Shown: in pieces, positions 47,157 through 57,900 of the stretch
Layout: the number at the start of each line of letters is the position of its first letter
Numbering within the stretch: position 1 is the stretch's first letter
Assembly: GCA_963790205.1 (NCBI GenBank)
Contig: CAWBNQ010000003.1
Span: forward strand, 288,001-352,000
Length of the DNA stretch: 64,000 bases
Reading direction: 5' to 3'
Origin: Nitrospirota bacterium
Lineage (GTDB): Bacteria > Nitrospirota > UBA9217
Program-made: the position numbers and the translations under genes
Notes under the pieces: generated by a model
What the model saw: the letters and a program-made list of their open reading frames with translations, nothing else
Databases searched by the model: none
What the model was told of the DNA's origin: nothing

Positions 47157-48212
47157 ATGCGTTATCGTTTATTCGGAAAAACAGGTCTCTATGTTTCCGA
47201 GCTGTGTCTCGGGACCATGACCTTCGGCGGGAAGGGGTTCTGGGAAGCCATTGGAAAGCTTACCGCGTCCGAGGCCGAGACGCTCATCGGCGTTGCGCTC
47301 GACGCGGGCGTGAATTTCATCGATACCGCGGACGTCTATTCGGAGGGTGAATCGGAGAAGCACGTCGGCGCGGCGCTCGCCTCGCTCGACCGCCCGCGAG
47401 ATCGTATCATCGTCGCGTCCAAGGTCCGCAGTCGCACCGGCCCCGGGCCGAACGATATCGGCCTGTCGCGAAAACATATCCTGTCGTCCCTCGACGCGAG
47501 CCTGCAGCGCCTCAGGCTGGACTACCTGGACCTCTACCAGATCCACGGCGTGGACCTCGACACGCCCATCGAGGAGACCATGCGCGCCCTGGACGACGTG
47601 GTGCGCTCCGGCAAAGTGCGCTACATCGGCTACTGCAACCTGCAGGCCTGGCAGGCGATGAAAGCCATCGCGTACTCGGATACGCACCATCTCACACGTT
47701 TCGTGAGCGCCCAGATGTATTATTCGATCGCCGGCCGCGACATCGAACGCGAAGTCGTGCCGCTGGTCAGGGACCAGGGCCTTGCCGTCCTCCCCTGGAG
47801 CCCGCTTGCGGGAGGATTGCTCTCCGGCAAATTCGACCTGGAGAAGCCGGGGCCCGAGGGAGCGCGGCGGACCTCGTTCGATTTCCCGCCGGTAGATCGG
47901 GAACGCGCGAAGAACGTGCTCAAGATGCTGCGCATTGTTTCCAATGCCATGGGTGTTTCGGTTGCGCGGGTGGCGCTCGCGTGGCTCCTGACGCGCCCCT
48001 TCGTCACCAGTGTCATCATCGGCGCGAAGACCAGAGAGCAGCTCGTCGATAACCTCGCTGCGAGCGATGTGCAGCTTGCTGCGGAGCATATTGCGCAGCT
48101 TGATGCTGCAAGCGCGTTGCCGTCCGAGTATCCGGGCTGGATGGTCGAGAGGCAGGACCGGGACCGGCGGCCGGAGGCTGAGGTTAAGGCCGAGGTCAAG
48201 AAGGCGGCGTAG
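47157..48212 (+). CDS. Aldo/keto reductase
   Basis: ATG 47157 after AGGAG; LCLGTMTFG, IDTADVYS, LDYLDLYQIH, PWSPLAGG. Confidence 0.93.
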   Translation: MRYRLFGKTGLYVSELCLGTMTFGGKGFWEAIGKLTASEAETLIGVALDAGVNFIDTADVYSEGESEKHVGAALASLDRPRDRIIVASKVRSRTGPGPNDIGLSRKHILSSLDASLQRLRLDYLDLYQIHGVDLDTPIEETMRALDDVVRSGKVRYIGYCNLQAWQAMKAIAYSDTHHLTRFVSAQMYYSIAGRDIEREVVPLVRDQGLAVLPWSPLAGGLLSGKFDLEKPGPEGARRTSFDFPPVDRERAKNVLKMLRIVSNAMGVSVARVALAWLLTRPFVTSVIIGAKTREQLVDNLAASDVQLAAEHIAQLDAASALPSEYPGWMVERQDRDRRPEAEVKAEVKKAA

Positions 48213-48300
48213 AATCCGGACAAGCCGGAACCAACTATGCCACGAAGGCCCGAAGAACACACAGAGCTGCATCCATTCGTTGCGTGTTCTTCGAGTCTTA

Positions 48301-48345
48301 GCCTGCACCCAGCGGTTACGAGTGGTAACGCGAGTGCAGGGTGTG
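48301..48345. repeat. 45-bp palindromic intergenic repeat, copy 3
   Basis: 1 mismatch versus 3137-3181. Confidence 0.8.
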
Positions 48346-48419
48346 ACTTTGTGGCTGGCGTTTGGTTTCGGATTTATAGTCTGGGGATGATTTTATTTTG
48401 GCGCCAAGGGGGTACGATC

Positions 48420-49394
48420 ATGAAAGCCATCAAGGTTTCAAACTACGGCGATGCCGATGTTCTGCAGCTCACGGACTCGGAGCTGAAGCCGAGGCCCTCA
48501 GCAGGGCAGGCGCTTGTGAAAATTTACGCGGCAGGCGTGAACTTCGTCGATATTTATCAGCGGCGGGGGACCTATCCGCTGCAACTTCCGTACGTTCCCG
48601 GACTGGAGGCGTCGGGAGTAGTGGAGGAGACCGGCGCAAAGGTCGCCGGAATCCGGCCCGGAGACCGGGTCGCTTATACCGGCCACATCGGGAGCTACAG
48701 CGAGTACGCGGTGATCGATGCGGAAAGGCTGATCAAATTGCCGAAAGCACTGTCCTTTGAACAGGGGGCCGCGTTTCCGCTCCAGGGAATGACCGCGCAC
48801 TACCTTATCCATGATTTCCGCAAGCCGAAAAAAGGGGACACGGTGCTGGTCCATGCCGCGGCAGGGGGAGTGGGGCTCCTTCTGGTGCAATGGGCCAGGC
48901 ATCTCGGAGCCAGGGTCATCGGGACGGTCTCCACCGAGGAGAAGGCGGCTGCGGCAAAAAAAGCAGGCGCCCATCACGTGATACTTTACACAAAACAGGA
49001 TTTTGCGAGCGAGACAAAACGCCTTACGGACGGTCGCGGCGCAGAGCTCATTCTTGACGGAGTTGCGAAGACCACGTTCCCGGGAGACCTCGAGGCCGCG
49101 GCGCTTCGCGGGCACGTGGTGATCTTCGGTTCCGCAAGCGGCCCCGCGGACCCCATCGCGCCCAATTCGCTTATGGCAAAGTCGATCACCCTGTGCGGTG
49201 GAAGCCTGCCGAACTTTACGGCCACGCGCGAAGATCTGGTCCGACGGTCAAAGGACGTCCTGAACGGCGTCAAACAAGGATGGCTGAAGCTCCGGATCGA
49301 CCATGTCCTGCCGCTGGCCGAGGTTGAGAAGGCGCACCGGCTGCTCGAGGGCAGGCAGTCCATCGGCAAGATCGTTTTGAAAGTGGCCGGCTGA
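48420..49394 (+). CDS. qor: NADPH:quinone oxidoreductase (zeta-crystallin/MDR family)
   Basis: ATG 48420; GVNFVDIYQRRG, PGLEASG, HAAAGGVG, GKIVL. Confidence 0.9.
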   Translation: MKAIKVSNYGDADVLQLTDSELKPRPSAGQALVKIYAAGVNFVDIYQRRGTYPLQLPYVPGLEASGVVEETGAKVAGIRPGDRVAYTGHIGSYSEYAVIDAERLIKLPKALSFEQGAAFPLQGMTAHYLIHDFRKPKKGDTVLVHAAAGGVGLLLVQWARHLGARVIGTVSTEEKAAAAKKAGAHHVILYTKQDFASETKRLTDGRGAELILDGVAKTTFPGDLEAAALRGHVVIFGSASGPADPIAPNSLMAKSITLCGGSLPNFTATREDLVRRSKDVLNGVKQGWLKLRIDHVLPLAEVEKAHRLLEGRQSIGKIVLKVAG

Positions 49395-49467
49395 AAGCTG
49401 AAAAAGGAGGGAGATAAGGGAAGCAAGACGGTCCGGGCATTGGACGGGGCGGAAAGTCTTCGGGAAA

Positions 49468-50112
49468 CTACTCGTGCAATTCCTTTTGCCGCTCGACTGC
49501 TTCGCGGTACTTTGTTTCATCTCCCGCGGCCTTATAGGCATCCGCAAGGTGTCCCTCTGCTTCAGCCAGCAAATCCGCTCTCTCCTTCGGGAGCGTATCA
49601 ACGGCTTCCTGCAAGGCCGTGACCGCCCCGGCCGCGTTGCCGAGCTTGAGGAGAACGACCCCGAGCGTATCAAGATAATAAGGCCGATGGGCGGGATTGA
49701 GCGTCAGCGCCTCGGAGATCAGTTCTTTTGCCTTGTCCGTATTTTTACCCGACCGCAGGTATACCCATGCCAGATCATTCAAGACGTCGCCGTTCTTGGG
49801 GCCGAGTTTGAGGGCCTTCGTGTATGCCGACTCTGCCCCGGGGTAATCGTTGGTGCGGTACAAAAGGTCCCCCAGAAGAAGGAGAGAGGTGAGGTGCTCC
49901 TTGTCTTTCCTGAGCGCTTCCCGGTATTGTCCGAGGGCGAGATCAAATTTCCCTTGTGACTCGTAGATCCGGCCGAGGTTGTCGTGCTCTTCCGCTGTCA
50001 GAGGGTCGTGAAGCACGATGACGCGCGGCAGGGAGCACGCGGAGAGGAGAAGTGCCGAGGCGATCAAGAGTATGGACGTCCGCTGCCGGATGACGGACCT
50101 TCGGTTTTTCAT
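49468..50112 (-). CDS. TPR-repeat lipoprotein
   Basis: ATG 50112 (overlaps the upstream stop), lipobox LSAC, DPLTAEEHDNLG, NDLAWVY, YYLDTLG. Confidence 0.85.
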   Translation of the reverse strand: MKNRRSVIRQRTSILLIASALLLSACSLPRVIVLHDPLTAEEHDNLGRIYESQGKFDLALGQYREALRKDKEHLTSLLLLGDLLYRTNDYPGAESAYTKALKLGPKNGDVLNDLAWVYLRSGKNTDKAKELISEALTLNPAHRPYYLDTLGVVLLKLGNAAGAVTALQEAVDTLPKERADLLAEAEGHLADAYKAAGDETKYREAVERQKELHE

Positions 50113-50738
50113 CGTTTGTTCTCCCGGGAAGGTGTTCCGGGCAGGGCGACCAGCATCCAGTTGCCGGCGCGGTCCCATTCCTTCAGGAGCTTCTCATAGC
50201 CGATGACCTTGTTCTCGGTCAATCCGTCATGGGCGATGAACGCCCTGTTCACGTCGTCAAACCCGATCACGGTAATGTAGTGCGGACGCCGGTAGAGAGA
50301 GAACCCCAGGTCGAGGAGGCAGATGACCGGCATGTTCTTGCGGACCAGTGCTTTCAAATCATCAAGGGTACCCGAAGATGAAGACGTCCAGAAACCTGCT
50401 TCACGCATGAAGCGTTCCATGTCCATGGGGAGCGTGCCGCGCAGTTCCGGAAGGTACACCCTGCTTTTGATCTGCTCCACGCTGACCTGTTGTCCCCAGA
50501 ACGAGGCAACGCCGGCGAGCGCGGCCGGGCCGCAGGAGTCTTCTCCCTGGCGATAGAAGGGTACGCCCGCGATATAATGTCCCCGTTCCTCGATGCCGGG
50601 CCGGAGCGCTGAAAAATCTATTTTAGCGCACCCCGGGAAGGACGCGAGCGCCGGCATGGCCAACAGTATGAATAAAACGGCGCTCCCCCGACGGTTTCCC
50701 CGTAGCGAAACTTCCGGCAGAGCAGCCGTCCCCGCCAT
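50109..50738 (-). CDS. Peptidase C39-like protein (PA2778-like)
   Basis: VPFYRQ..SCGPAALA, HYITVIGFD, HDG. Confidence 0.85.
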   Translation of the reverse strand: MAGTAALPEVSLRGNRRGSAVLFILLAMPALASFPGCAKIDFSALRPGIEERGHYIAGVPFYRQGEDSCGPAALAGVASFWGQQVSVEQIKSRVYLPELRGTLPMDMERFMREAGFWTSSSSGTLDDLKALVRKNMPVICLLDLGFSLYRRPHYITVIGFDDVNRAFIAHDGLTENKVIGYEKLLKEWDRAGNWMLVALPGTPSRENKR

Positions 50739-50741
50739 CAG

Positions 50742-51155
50742 CTACTTCACCTCGATACGGCCCTGAAGCAGAAAGACCAGTACCACGACGAGCAATGACA
50801 CGATCACAAGACCGAAGAACAGGCCGACAGCGTCGCCGCCGGCCTGGACCGAGTCCGTGCGGGCCGCGAACTCGTGGAGCTGCCGGTCGGAAAGCCTGTT
50901 CACCCGCATCAGTGCTTCCGACGGCGAAAGTCCGTAATCCATGAGTTTCTGCCGGACGATTTTGGATTCAAGGACAGACCGTACCTTGGCCAGGTCCGCT
51001 GCCCGGTCCACGGACAGGTGCGGCTGGGCGGACGCTTCCTCGCCGGGCGCGGCAGTGATGAACATGGCCCACCCTTGGGCCGGAAGGCTCAGAAGCACCA
51101 TCGCAATTGCCAGATAGCCGGCAAGTACCTTGAAGAGCGTTTTTTTCGGCAGCAT
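50742..51155 (-). CDS. PA2779-family protein
   Basis: VRQKLMDYGLSPSEALMRVNRLSDRQL..AGGD followed by a hydrophobic tail; upstream of the C39 peptidase. Confidence 0.8.
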   Translation of the reverse strand: MLPKKTLFKVLAGYLAIAMVLLSLPAQGWAMFITAAPGEEASAQPHLSVDRAADLAKVRSVLESKIVRQKLMDYGLSPSEALMRVNRLSDRQLHEFAARTDSVQAGGDAVGLFFGLVIVSLLVVVLVFLLQGRIEVK

Positions 51156-51571
51156 ATGTCTCCTTTCCCGGGTGAAATGCCGCTCTTATATCATAAGTAG
51201 CGAAGGCGGCAATCACTCACAACGTAAATCACTGTGTTCCTGAAAAACCGGATGTTCGTACTCATAGCAATATTTTAGCACAAACGATAACGTGCTCATC
51301 ATAGCGAATAGTTGGAGGAGGGAAGGCCGCAAGCAGGATCACCGGAGAGCACTCTCATCTCTTTCCAGTGGTCTCTCCTTGTTCTCCTGGGAGGATCCGT
51401 AAGTCCTTCTTTCCGGATTTTGCCAAGAACACAATAAGGATACTTCGGATGCTCTCTTTTTGAAAGAGCAGGTTACGTGTATTTTACACCATCAATTCAA
51501 TAAAAAAGCGCTCAGCGCATCATTACGGCCCGGCAAAACGGGATATCTATTCGATGAGGATGCGGTGATCG

Positions 51572-51613
51572 CAGCAAAAAAGGCCCCGGAAGATCCCGGG
51601 GCCTTTTTTGCTG
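51572..51613 (-). terminator. Intrinsic terminator after the small beta-barrel gene
   Basis: cagcaaaaaaggccccgg..ccggggccttttttgctg. Confidence 0.85.
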
Positions 51614-51622
51614 ATGCTGTCT

Positions 51623-52165
51623 TTAAAAATAGTACGCCGCGCCGAATTGCATGCTGACATAGCTGTCGGTGACCGGATGGAAGCGGCCGAGCATGAAGAC
51701 GCTGATTTGCGGGTTAAGGTAGAATTCGACACCAGCGCCGGGCGAGATACCGATGTTCACTTGGCTCTTGGATTGCGTATAGGGGAATGGGTAATAGATG
51801 TAATATTCCTTGTAGTCGTTGCTTGTCTCTACCCCGGCCTGGGCGAAGACCTTCAGTTGATCGGAAATCGGGAAATAGTACCGTGCGCTCACCGTGATCG
51901 GAACGCGCGTATAGGACAGGCCGCTGGTGCTGAAATCGTAGTAACCCACATCGATCCGAGCCTGGAGGTTCTTGACGATGCTGTTCAGCATGTATCCGGC
52001 CCCGGCGTTGATGCCGTAGCCGCTGTCGTAAGAGCCCGGAGCCGTACCAAAGGCAAAAGATCCGTCCACTTCAATATCCCCTGTATCCGAGCTCGCGGCG
52101 AAGGCCGCGGCGCCGGTGCTCAATAGTATCAATGCTGTGAGTATTGCAATTGCCGATCTTTTCAT
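51623..52165 (-). CDS. Small (8-stranded) outer-membrane beta-barrel protein
   Basis: Signal peptide AAFA|A, amphipathic strands, C-terminal FGAAYYF. Confidence 0.82.
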   Translation of the reverse strand: MKRSAIAILTALILLSTGAAAFAASSDTGDIEVDGSFAFGTAPGSYDSGYGINAGAGYMLNSIVKNLQARIDVGYYDFSTSGLSYTRVPITVSARYYFPISDQLKVFAQAGVETSNDYKEYYIYYPFPYTQSKSQVNIGISPGAGVEFYLNPQISVFMLGRFHPVTDSYVSMQFGAAYYF

Positions 52166-52510
52166 GTTTTTCTCCTTTAGCCGTAGTTGAATATTGATTT
52201 TACGGTGACTTTAACCGACTCATAAAAATATATCATAATCCGGTAAAAATTGTTGGGGGTGAAACAGCGTTTGCAGCCATCGCCTCCTTCCCTGTAGATT
52301 GATACTTTATTCGTCAAGGAATAATTATTTTATACCTGTCAGCGTCCGCGTTGTCAAGGCCCATCTTAATGTACGTGCGGGCCGCCTTTTCCCTCGAATC
52401 ACAAGGTTCGTTTTGACACTCGCGAAGTTTTCTCGTATAATGACTATGAAGCGGGTAAACTGCTTTCATAAAGCCATCAAGGTCAGACGAGTTGCCAGAG
52501 GAGGCATGCC

Positions 52511-53113
52511 ATGAAACTGAAACCGCTGCATGATTGGGCCGTGATAGTGCCATCGGAGGCGGAATCCAGGACCGCCGGCGGATTGTATATTCCCGATTCG
52601 GCCAAGGAGAAACCCGAGGAGGGGGTGGTTGAGGCCATCGGGCCGGGCGCCTACGAAGAAAAGAAACACGGCAAAAAAAAGGACGAGAAAAAAGAACGCA
52701 AGTTCATCCCTGCGACGGTGAAGCCCGGGGACCACGTCCTTTATGAGCGCTATGCCGGACAGACCTATACGATCGATAACGAGGAGCGCATCCTCGTGCG
52801 CGAACGCGATATCCTGGGCCATATTGAGAGGCCCCTCCAGATTCCGCCTGTTACAACGTCGCGATCAGCAACGGCCATCATGGAGCGTCCGGCCCCGTCA
52901 CCGCTGATGAACGTGCCGCAGAAGAAGGCGGCAGCCGGCACCGTAAAAAGAAAGGCAAAGAAGGCTGCAAAAGCGCCTGTTAAGAAGGCCGTTAAAAAGA
53001 AAACCGCCAGGAAGACCGTTAAAAAAGCGGCGGCGAAAAAAGCAAAAAGAGCTGCAAAGCCCGCCAAGGCCCGCTCGTCGAAAGTCAAAAAATCAGGCAA
53101 AAAAAAGAAATAG
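52511..53113 (+). CDS. groES: GroES (Cpn10) family co-chaperonin with Lys/Ala-rich C-terminal extension
   Basis: MKLKPLHDWAV..TAGGLYIPDSAKEKPEEGVVEAIGPG..VKPGDHVLY..RERDILG, followed by a ~90-aa tail rich in KKA/KKT. Confidence 0.88.
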   Translation: MKLKPLHDWAVIVPSEAESRTAGGLYIPDSAKEKPEEGVVEAIGPGAYEEKKHGKKKDEKKERKFIPATVKPGDHVLYERYAGQTYTIDNEERILVRERDILGHIERPLQIPPVTTSRSATAIMERPAPSPLMNVPQKKAAAGTVKRKAKKAAKAPVKKAVKKKTARKTVKKAAAKKAKRAAKPAKARSSKVKKSGKKKK

Positions 53114-53131
53114 AAGAACGCAAGGTGAATC

Positions 53132-53731
53132 GTGGAAGACGAAAGCGCGGTACGCGAAAAAAAGATCATTGCCATCCTGGACCAAGAGCTCGACGACGGC
53201 GAGAGCCTGGCCGCCGCGGCCCGGAAGACGGTCGAATATCTTTTGCTCGAAAAGAAGGGTTATGCGCGTGAAGAGGTGCGGAAACAGGTGGTCTTCGAAG
53301 TGATCCTCGGACAGGAGACCACGCATTCTTCCGTGGATTTTCTCGTTACCGTCGAGGGGAAGAAGGCAATGGTCATCAAGTGCGCCTCGGGCTCTCTTTC
53401 GTCCCGGGAACGCCAGGCCGTGGCAGCCGCGCGTCTGCTCGGCTCACCGCCTATACCGATCGCGGTGGTCGCCGACCCAACGACTGCGGAGGTCCTGGAC
53501 GTTATGACGGGCAAGGTCGTCGGTGAAGGCTTCGGCGCCATCCCGGTCCGGGAGCAGATCCTCGCCGTGCTGTCGGAAAAGGAACCAAAACCCCTGTCGC
53601 CTGACCGGATCGAGAAGGAGAAGCGCATCCTGCTCGCCTTCGACGCCATCCGGTGCTCCGTTCCGCAAGGCGCGAACGGCGGGGTGCAGATCGGCCCCGA
53701 ACCGGGAAAGCAAGAAAAATCTCAATGCTGA
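53132..53731 (+). CDS. HsdR N-terminal-like (PD-(D/E)xK fold) domain protein
   Basis: YLLLEKKGY..VDFLV..MVIKCASGSLSSRERQAVAAAR pattern. Confidence 0.65.
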   Translation: MEDESAVREKKIIAILDQELDDGESLAAAARKTVEYLLLEKKGYAREEVRKQVVFEVILGQETTHSSVDFLVTVEGKKAMVIKCASGSLSSRERQAVAAARLLGSPPIPIAVVADPTTAEVLDVMTGKVVGEGFGAIPVREQILAVLSEKEPKPLSPDRIEKEKRILLAFDAIRCSVPQGANGGVQIGPEPGKQEKSQC

Positions 53732-53885
53732 TCTCTCTCGCAAAGCCGCAAAGAACGCAAAGGAACCTTGTCATTCTTTAAAGCCATACGCCATTCTGCC
53801 TTAAACCTTTGCGACCTCTGCGTCTCTGCGCGAGAATGATCTCTGTTTTGTACATTCGCATATCTTTTTATCGTCACTTCCTCCC

Positions 53886-54743
53886 ATGACCCAGATAACC
53901 GAAGAGACCTTCGAACAGACCATCAAATCCTTTATCCGGGCGGAACAGATCGACCTCAGCGGCGTTTCCTTCATCGACCCCTACGGCATGCTGGGGCTCC
54001 TCGAGATCGGAGAACTCTGCATGCTGGAGGACGTGAGAAAGACCGTCATCCTTCCGCGGTCCGGCGAGGTGCTCAAGTATCTCGACCGGATGGATTTTTT
54101 CAGCCATGCAAGGCGATATTTCTCTTTGGAGCACCCGGCTGAGGACGTGGCCGGAAAATATCAACGGAGCGCGGATTCCGATGTTCTCCTCGAGATCACG
54201 CCGATCGAAAAAGCGAACGACATCCACTTCATCGTCGGGAAGGTGAGGGACCGCGCGCAGGCCATCCTCGCGACCCACCTGCGCTACGACGAGCGGGCCG
54301 TCAACGGCTTCATCGTGGCCCTGTCCGAGGTCTGTCAGAACATCGTCGAGCACAGCGAGAACAAGGGGTTCGTGGGCATCCAGAAGTACCGGTATCAGAG
54401 CCTGAATAAAAATATCGTGAAGATCGCGGTCATGGACGTCGGCATCGGGTTCAGGAAGTCGCTTTCAGGGAGGTTCAAGCTGCGCGGCGATCTTGACGCT
54501 ATTGACAAGGCGCTCCTGCACGGCGCCTCACGCTATGAAGACGAGGGCAGGGGCCACGGTCTGGCCGCAGTCCGGCGCTTTGTCACGCAGTGGAACGGCA
54601 AACTCTCCATCCGCTCGGGCACGGCCCGGCTCTCCATCATTCCTCCATGGTCGCGCGGCAGGGAACAGGAGCGGGGCCTCATCTCCTTCCCCGGAGCGCA
54701 AATTAATATTCTCCTTCCGGAAGTGGCGCTTACCACCCCTTAA
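53886..54743 (+). CDS. STAS-like + HATPase_c ATP-binding protein (anti-sigma/kinase-like)
   Basis: IDLSGVSFIDPYG N-terminus; SEVCQNIVEHS, DVGIG, GRGHGL GHKL boxes. Confidence 0.8.
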   Translation: MTQITEETFEQTIKSFIRAEQIDLSGVSFIDPYGMLGLLEIGELCMLEDVRKTVILPRSGEVLKYLDRMDFFSHARRYFSLEHPAEDVAGKYQRSADSDVLLEITPIEKANDIHFIVGKVRDRAQAILATHLRYDERAVNGFIVALSEVCQNIVEHSENKGFVGIQKYRYQSLNKNIVKIAVMDVGIGFRKSLSGRFKLRGDLDAIDKALLHGASRYEDEGRGHGLAAVRRFVTQWNGKLSIRSGTARLSIIPPWSRGREQERGLISFPGAQINILLPEVALTTP

Positions 54744-54968
54744 TCCCCTCTTGGATATCGAAGGATAAGCCGTTTAGCAATTGTCCCGAATTTTTATATT
54801 TATAGTTGTCATTAGCATATGATTTTGTTACACTCGCAGGCGTGATGACTGAAAATCTCATCAGAAAGAAACCTCAGATATGTCAACTCGATCATTCTCG
54901 CGACAAATTTGCCTATATGATTGAGTTGTCCGGATGGAGATTGCAGATTCTTAACAGGAGGGGGACTC

Positions 54969-57900
54969 ATGAACTATTCTGTTCTGGAGAGCATAAATGG
55001 GAGAAGCACAAAACATAATGTGCCTGCTCACATACCAGCCGTTATCGCTGCAATCGTTTTATTCCTTTTGCTGGCAGGTGTTATCGCTACTGACGCAAGG
55101 GCTGCGGATACGGACAAACTGGTTATCGATATCGATAAAGCCCAATTAAACATTCAGTTCGAACCGGACTTCAAATCTTATCACAGCATTTTTGGCAGCA
55201 TGTTCCTCGGGGGGACATATTCGGTAAAAGACTGGGAAGTAAAACAATACACCCCGACACAATATCATGTCCGCCTTAAGTCGTGGAGGGATATGTTCTG
55301 GAGTATCGACTCTGAACAAAAAAAGATATGGCGCATGAAGGGCGCCGATTTAACTGCCGCCGGGAGCGAGGCGCAATTATTGGATGATATTACGGTGAAT
55401 ATACTGCACAACAGATTCACCAAGAAGGGAGTACCTCTTGATGTGCCCAGCTTCGGCCCAAACTCGTTGAATAATAACCGAGCCAGGGATGTTCAAAAAG
55501 ACGATACCGATATCGTCCAAAAGACATCGATATCCCTGACAATGACATCACCGAGATTGATTCTTGACCAGCAGGCCGGCTCGGTGCTCGTTGTTGCGGG
55601 GGGTGCTGTTATATCAGGCGCCGATGCCTGGGAAGTGCGGCATGTCAACAAGAATACCTATCATATGCGCTATAAGCCGAGACAGCAGATGCAGCATGAT
55701 TATTGGCAACTTGACTTGACTTCAATGACCGCGGATTATGCGATAGGAGATACCTTTGGTTTTCCCAACGGGAAGTTTATCGGCATTTCAAAAACTATGT
55801 ATAGGGAACGTGCCAATGGTTCGTCGGAGCAGAATGAAATTCCGGTCGACCTGACCATGGCTCGCTATAGCGGAGACCATCCCAAGTCAGCATGGCAGGA
55901 GTCAGAGAAGGCCCTCAATACGGCGGTTTTGAGCAAATACTCCTATGATGTATTGGTCGTTCCTTTTCAGGTAAGCGGATACGCCATTGATCGCGTCGAT
56001 CGCTCCCTGATGACTCGGTATCTTGCCCGCGAGATAGAAAACTCCACGAAAATGAAATTGCCGAGCCCCACGCTGGTGGCGCGCGCTTTGGGAGAAACGT
56101 ACAGGACCTTCGATGACTATGATGTCTTTCAACTTGCCAACAAACTGGGAGTGAAGCAGATCATCCGGGGATATGTAGGTCATAACCTGAATGAGAAAAT
56201 GAGCGTCACCCTGGTCGTGCAGACCCGGAATGAGCAGGAATACTTTTCTCCCGCCACAAAGACAGTGAAATATACGTGGCGCGACATCGAAATTTCAGAC
56301 GAGCGCACGCCTGGAGAAGCATTCGCGAGCATTCTGCACGACGTAACGGCGCGGCTTCAACTTCCCAAAGTCAAAAAAGATGCTTCCGTACAGCAGGACG
56401 AACCTCCCGCGGTACCGGCGGGAATCAAGGGACTTGTGGTCAATAGTTCATCGTCTCCGGCAGTACGGGCATACTATCTGCAGCTTCTCGGCTTGTTGTA
56501 TCCTGAGCAGTCCGCGGCAAAGGAGCAACTGTTCGAACGTTCTTTGGTGGTGCTTCGCGAAATGCTGCCGCAATCACCTTCATACAACGTACTCAAAGCA
56601 CGCGCCTTATTCCATCTCTATCGTCGCCCAGCAGCGATAGCCGTTCTGGCTAATCCGAAAAGCGCTGAGGAAAAGGCGCTATCTGCCGTTATGGACGGGA
56701 ATTTGCAATTACTGAACAAAAACATGAAGGACATCAAGGGAGGCATCCCGCGGCTCATTGCACAGATAGAACATTCGGATTTACTCTGGCGGTATAGTCC
56801 CGATCAGGCACTCAGCGAATCTACGGACCCTATCATAAAACAATGGCCCGGCTGGGAGAAGATTCTTGCCCGGCGGCTAAGTCAGCGGGACGGGTGGAAC
56901 ATCCAATCAAACGTGGAGGTAAAAAAGGAGCTTGATCGTATTTTTCCGATCATAGGTTTTACGGCCGCGGATATTATTAAAAGTAAAATGGCAATCGGCG
57001 AATTGCCGATAGACGATGACGATATAGACTTTTCGGTTTATAATCACTATCGGCGCATGATGGAAAATCGACCCGAGGTGCTATCGACGAATGAATCCTC
57101 CGGCATCGTGGACCGTGATATTCTCGACCTCATGGTTGCGATGGGTGAGTCCAATCTTGTTAAAAAGATCGAGTTGCGGCGCATGCAGGCGCTCTATGAT
57201 GAAATGCTAAAACTCGCAGATCGATATAACACAGTCTACGACGGATATCCGAAAATGGCCTATCTCAAAGCATTTGCACTCTATCGGATCGCTGATTCGA
57301 AGCAGGGACAGGCGCAAAAGAATCTTCGTGAAGAGGCGAATCAGCTCCAGGGAAAGGTATGCTATTGGTCGCAAGGCCAGACTGACGTTACTTCCAATAG
57401 AAGCTGTTCAGGGAATAATATTTATGATGCCGATTATCCTCGTCGCTGGTATTGGGAGTTTTCGAGAGACCCCGATGATTTGGCGGACAGAAAGTACCGG
57501 GGGCCCGAGGGGATTGAGCAACGGGGCAATATCGCAATTACGCGTTTCGACAGAAAGAAAATCATGAATTATGAGCTTTCTCTTTTATATACTCAAACTG
57601 ACTTTTCCAGATTTACGTCTTATTATGATGAGTTGCAATCGGTGCACATGGATGACGAAGCTGTTGCACTTCTGGAAAAGAACAAGCGTCGATTTGTCGG
57701 TAACCCCTCGCAAACTTCATTCTATGCCCATGCTGCTGAAAAGGAAGGCAATATGCAGCGCGCCAGATCGATCTATGAAGAGGATATCGCTCTCCAGCCC
57801 AACAGTTGGGCCGCATACTCTGGCCTCAGTTCATTACTGATACGACAGGGAGATTTCAAAACCGCGTCGGAAACCGCCCTGAAGTATCCCTTGTTTTCAG

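Noticed and set aside
53132..53731. Type I restriction-modification system
   Set aside because: Only a short HsdR-N-like domain; no helicase, hsdM or hsdS.
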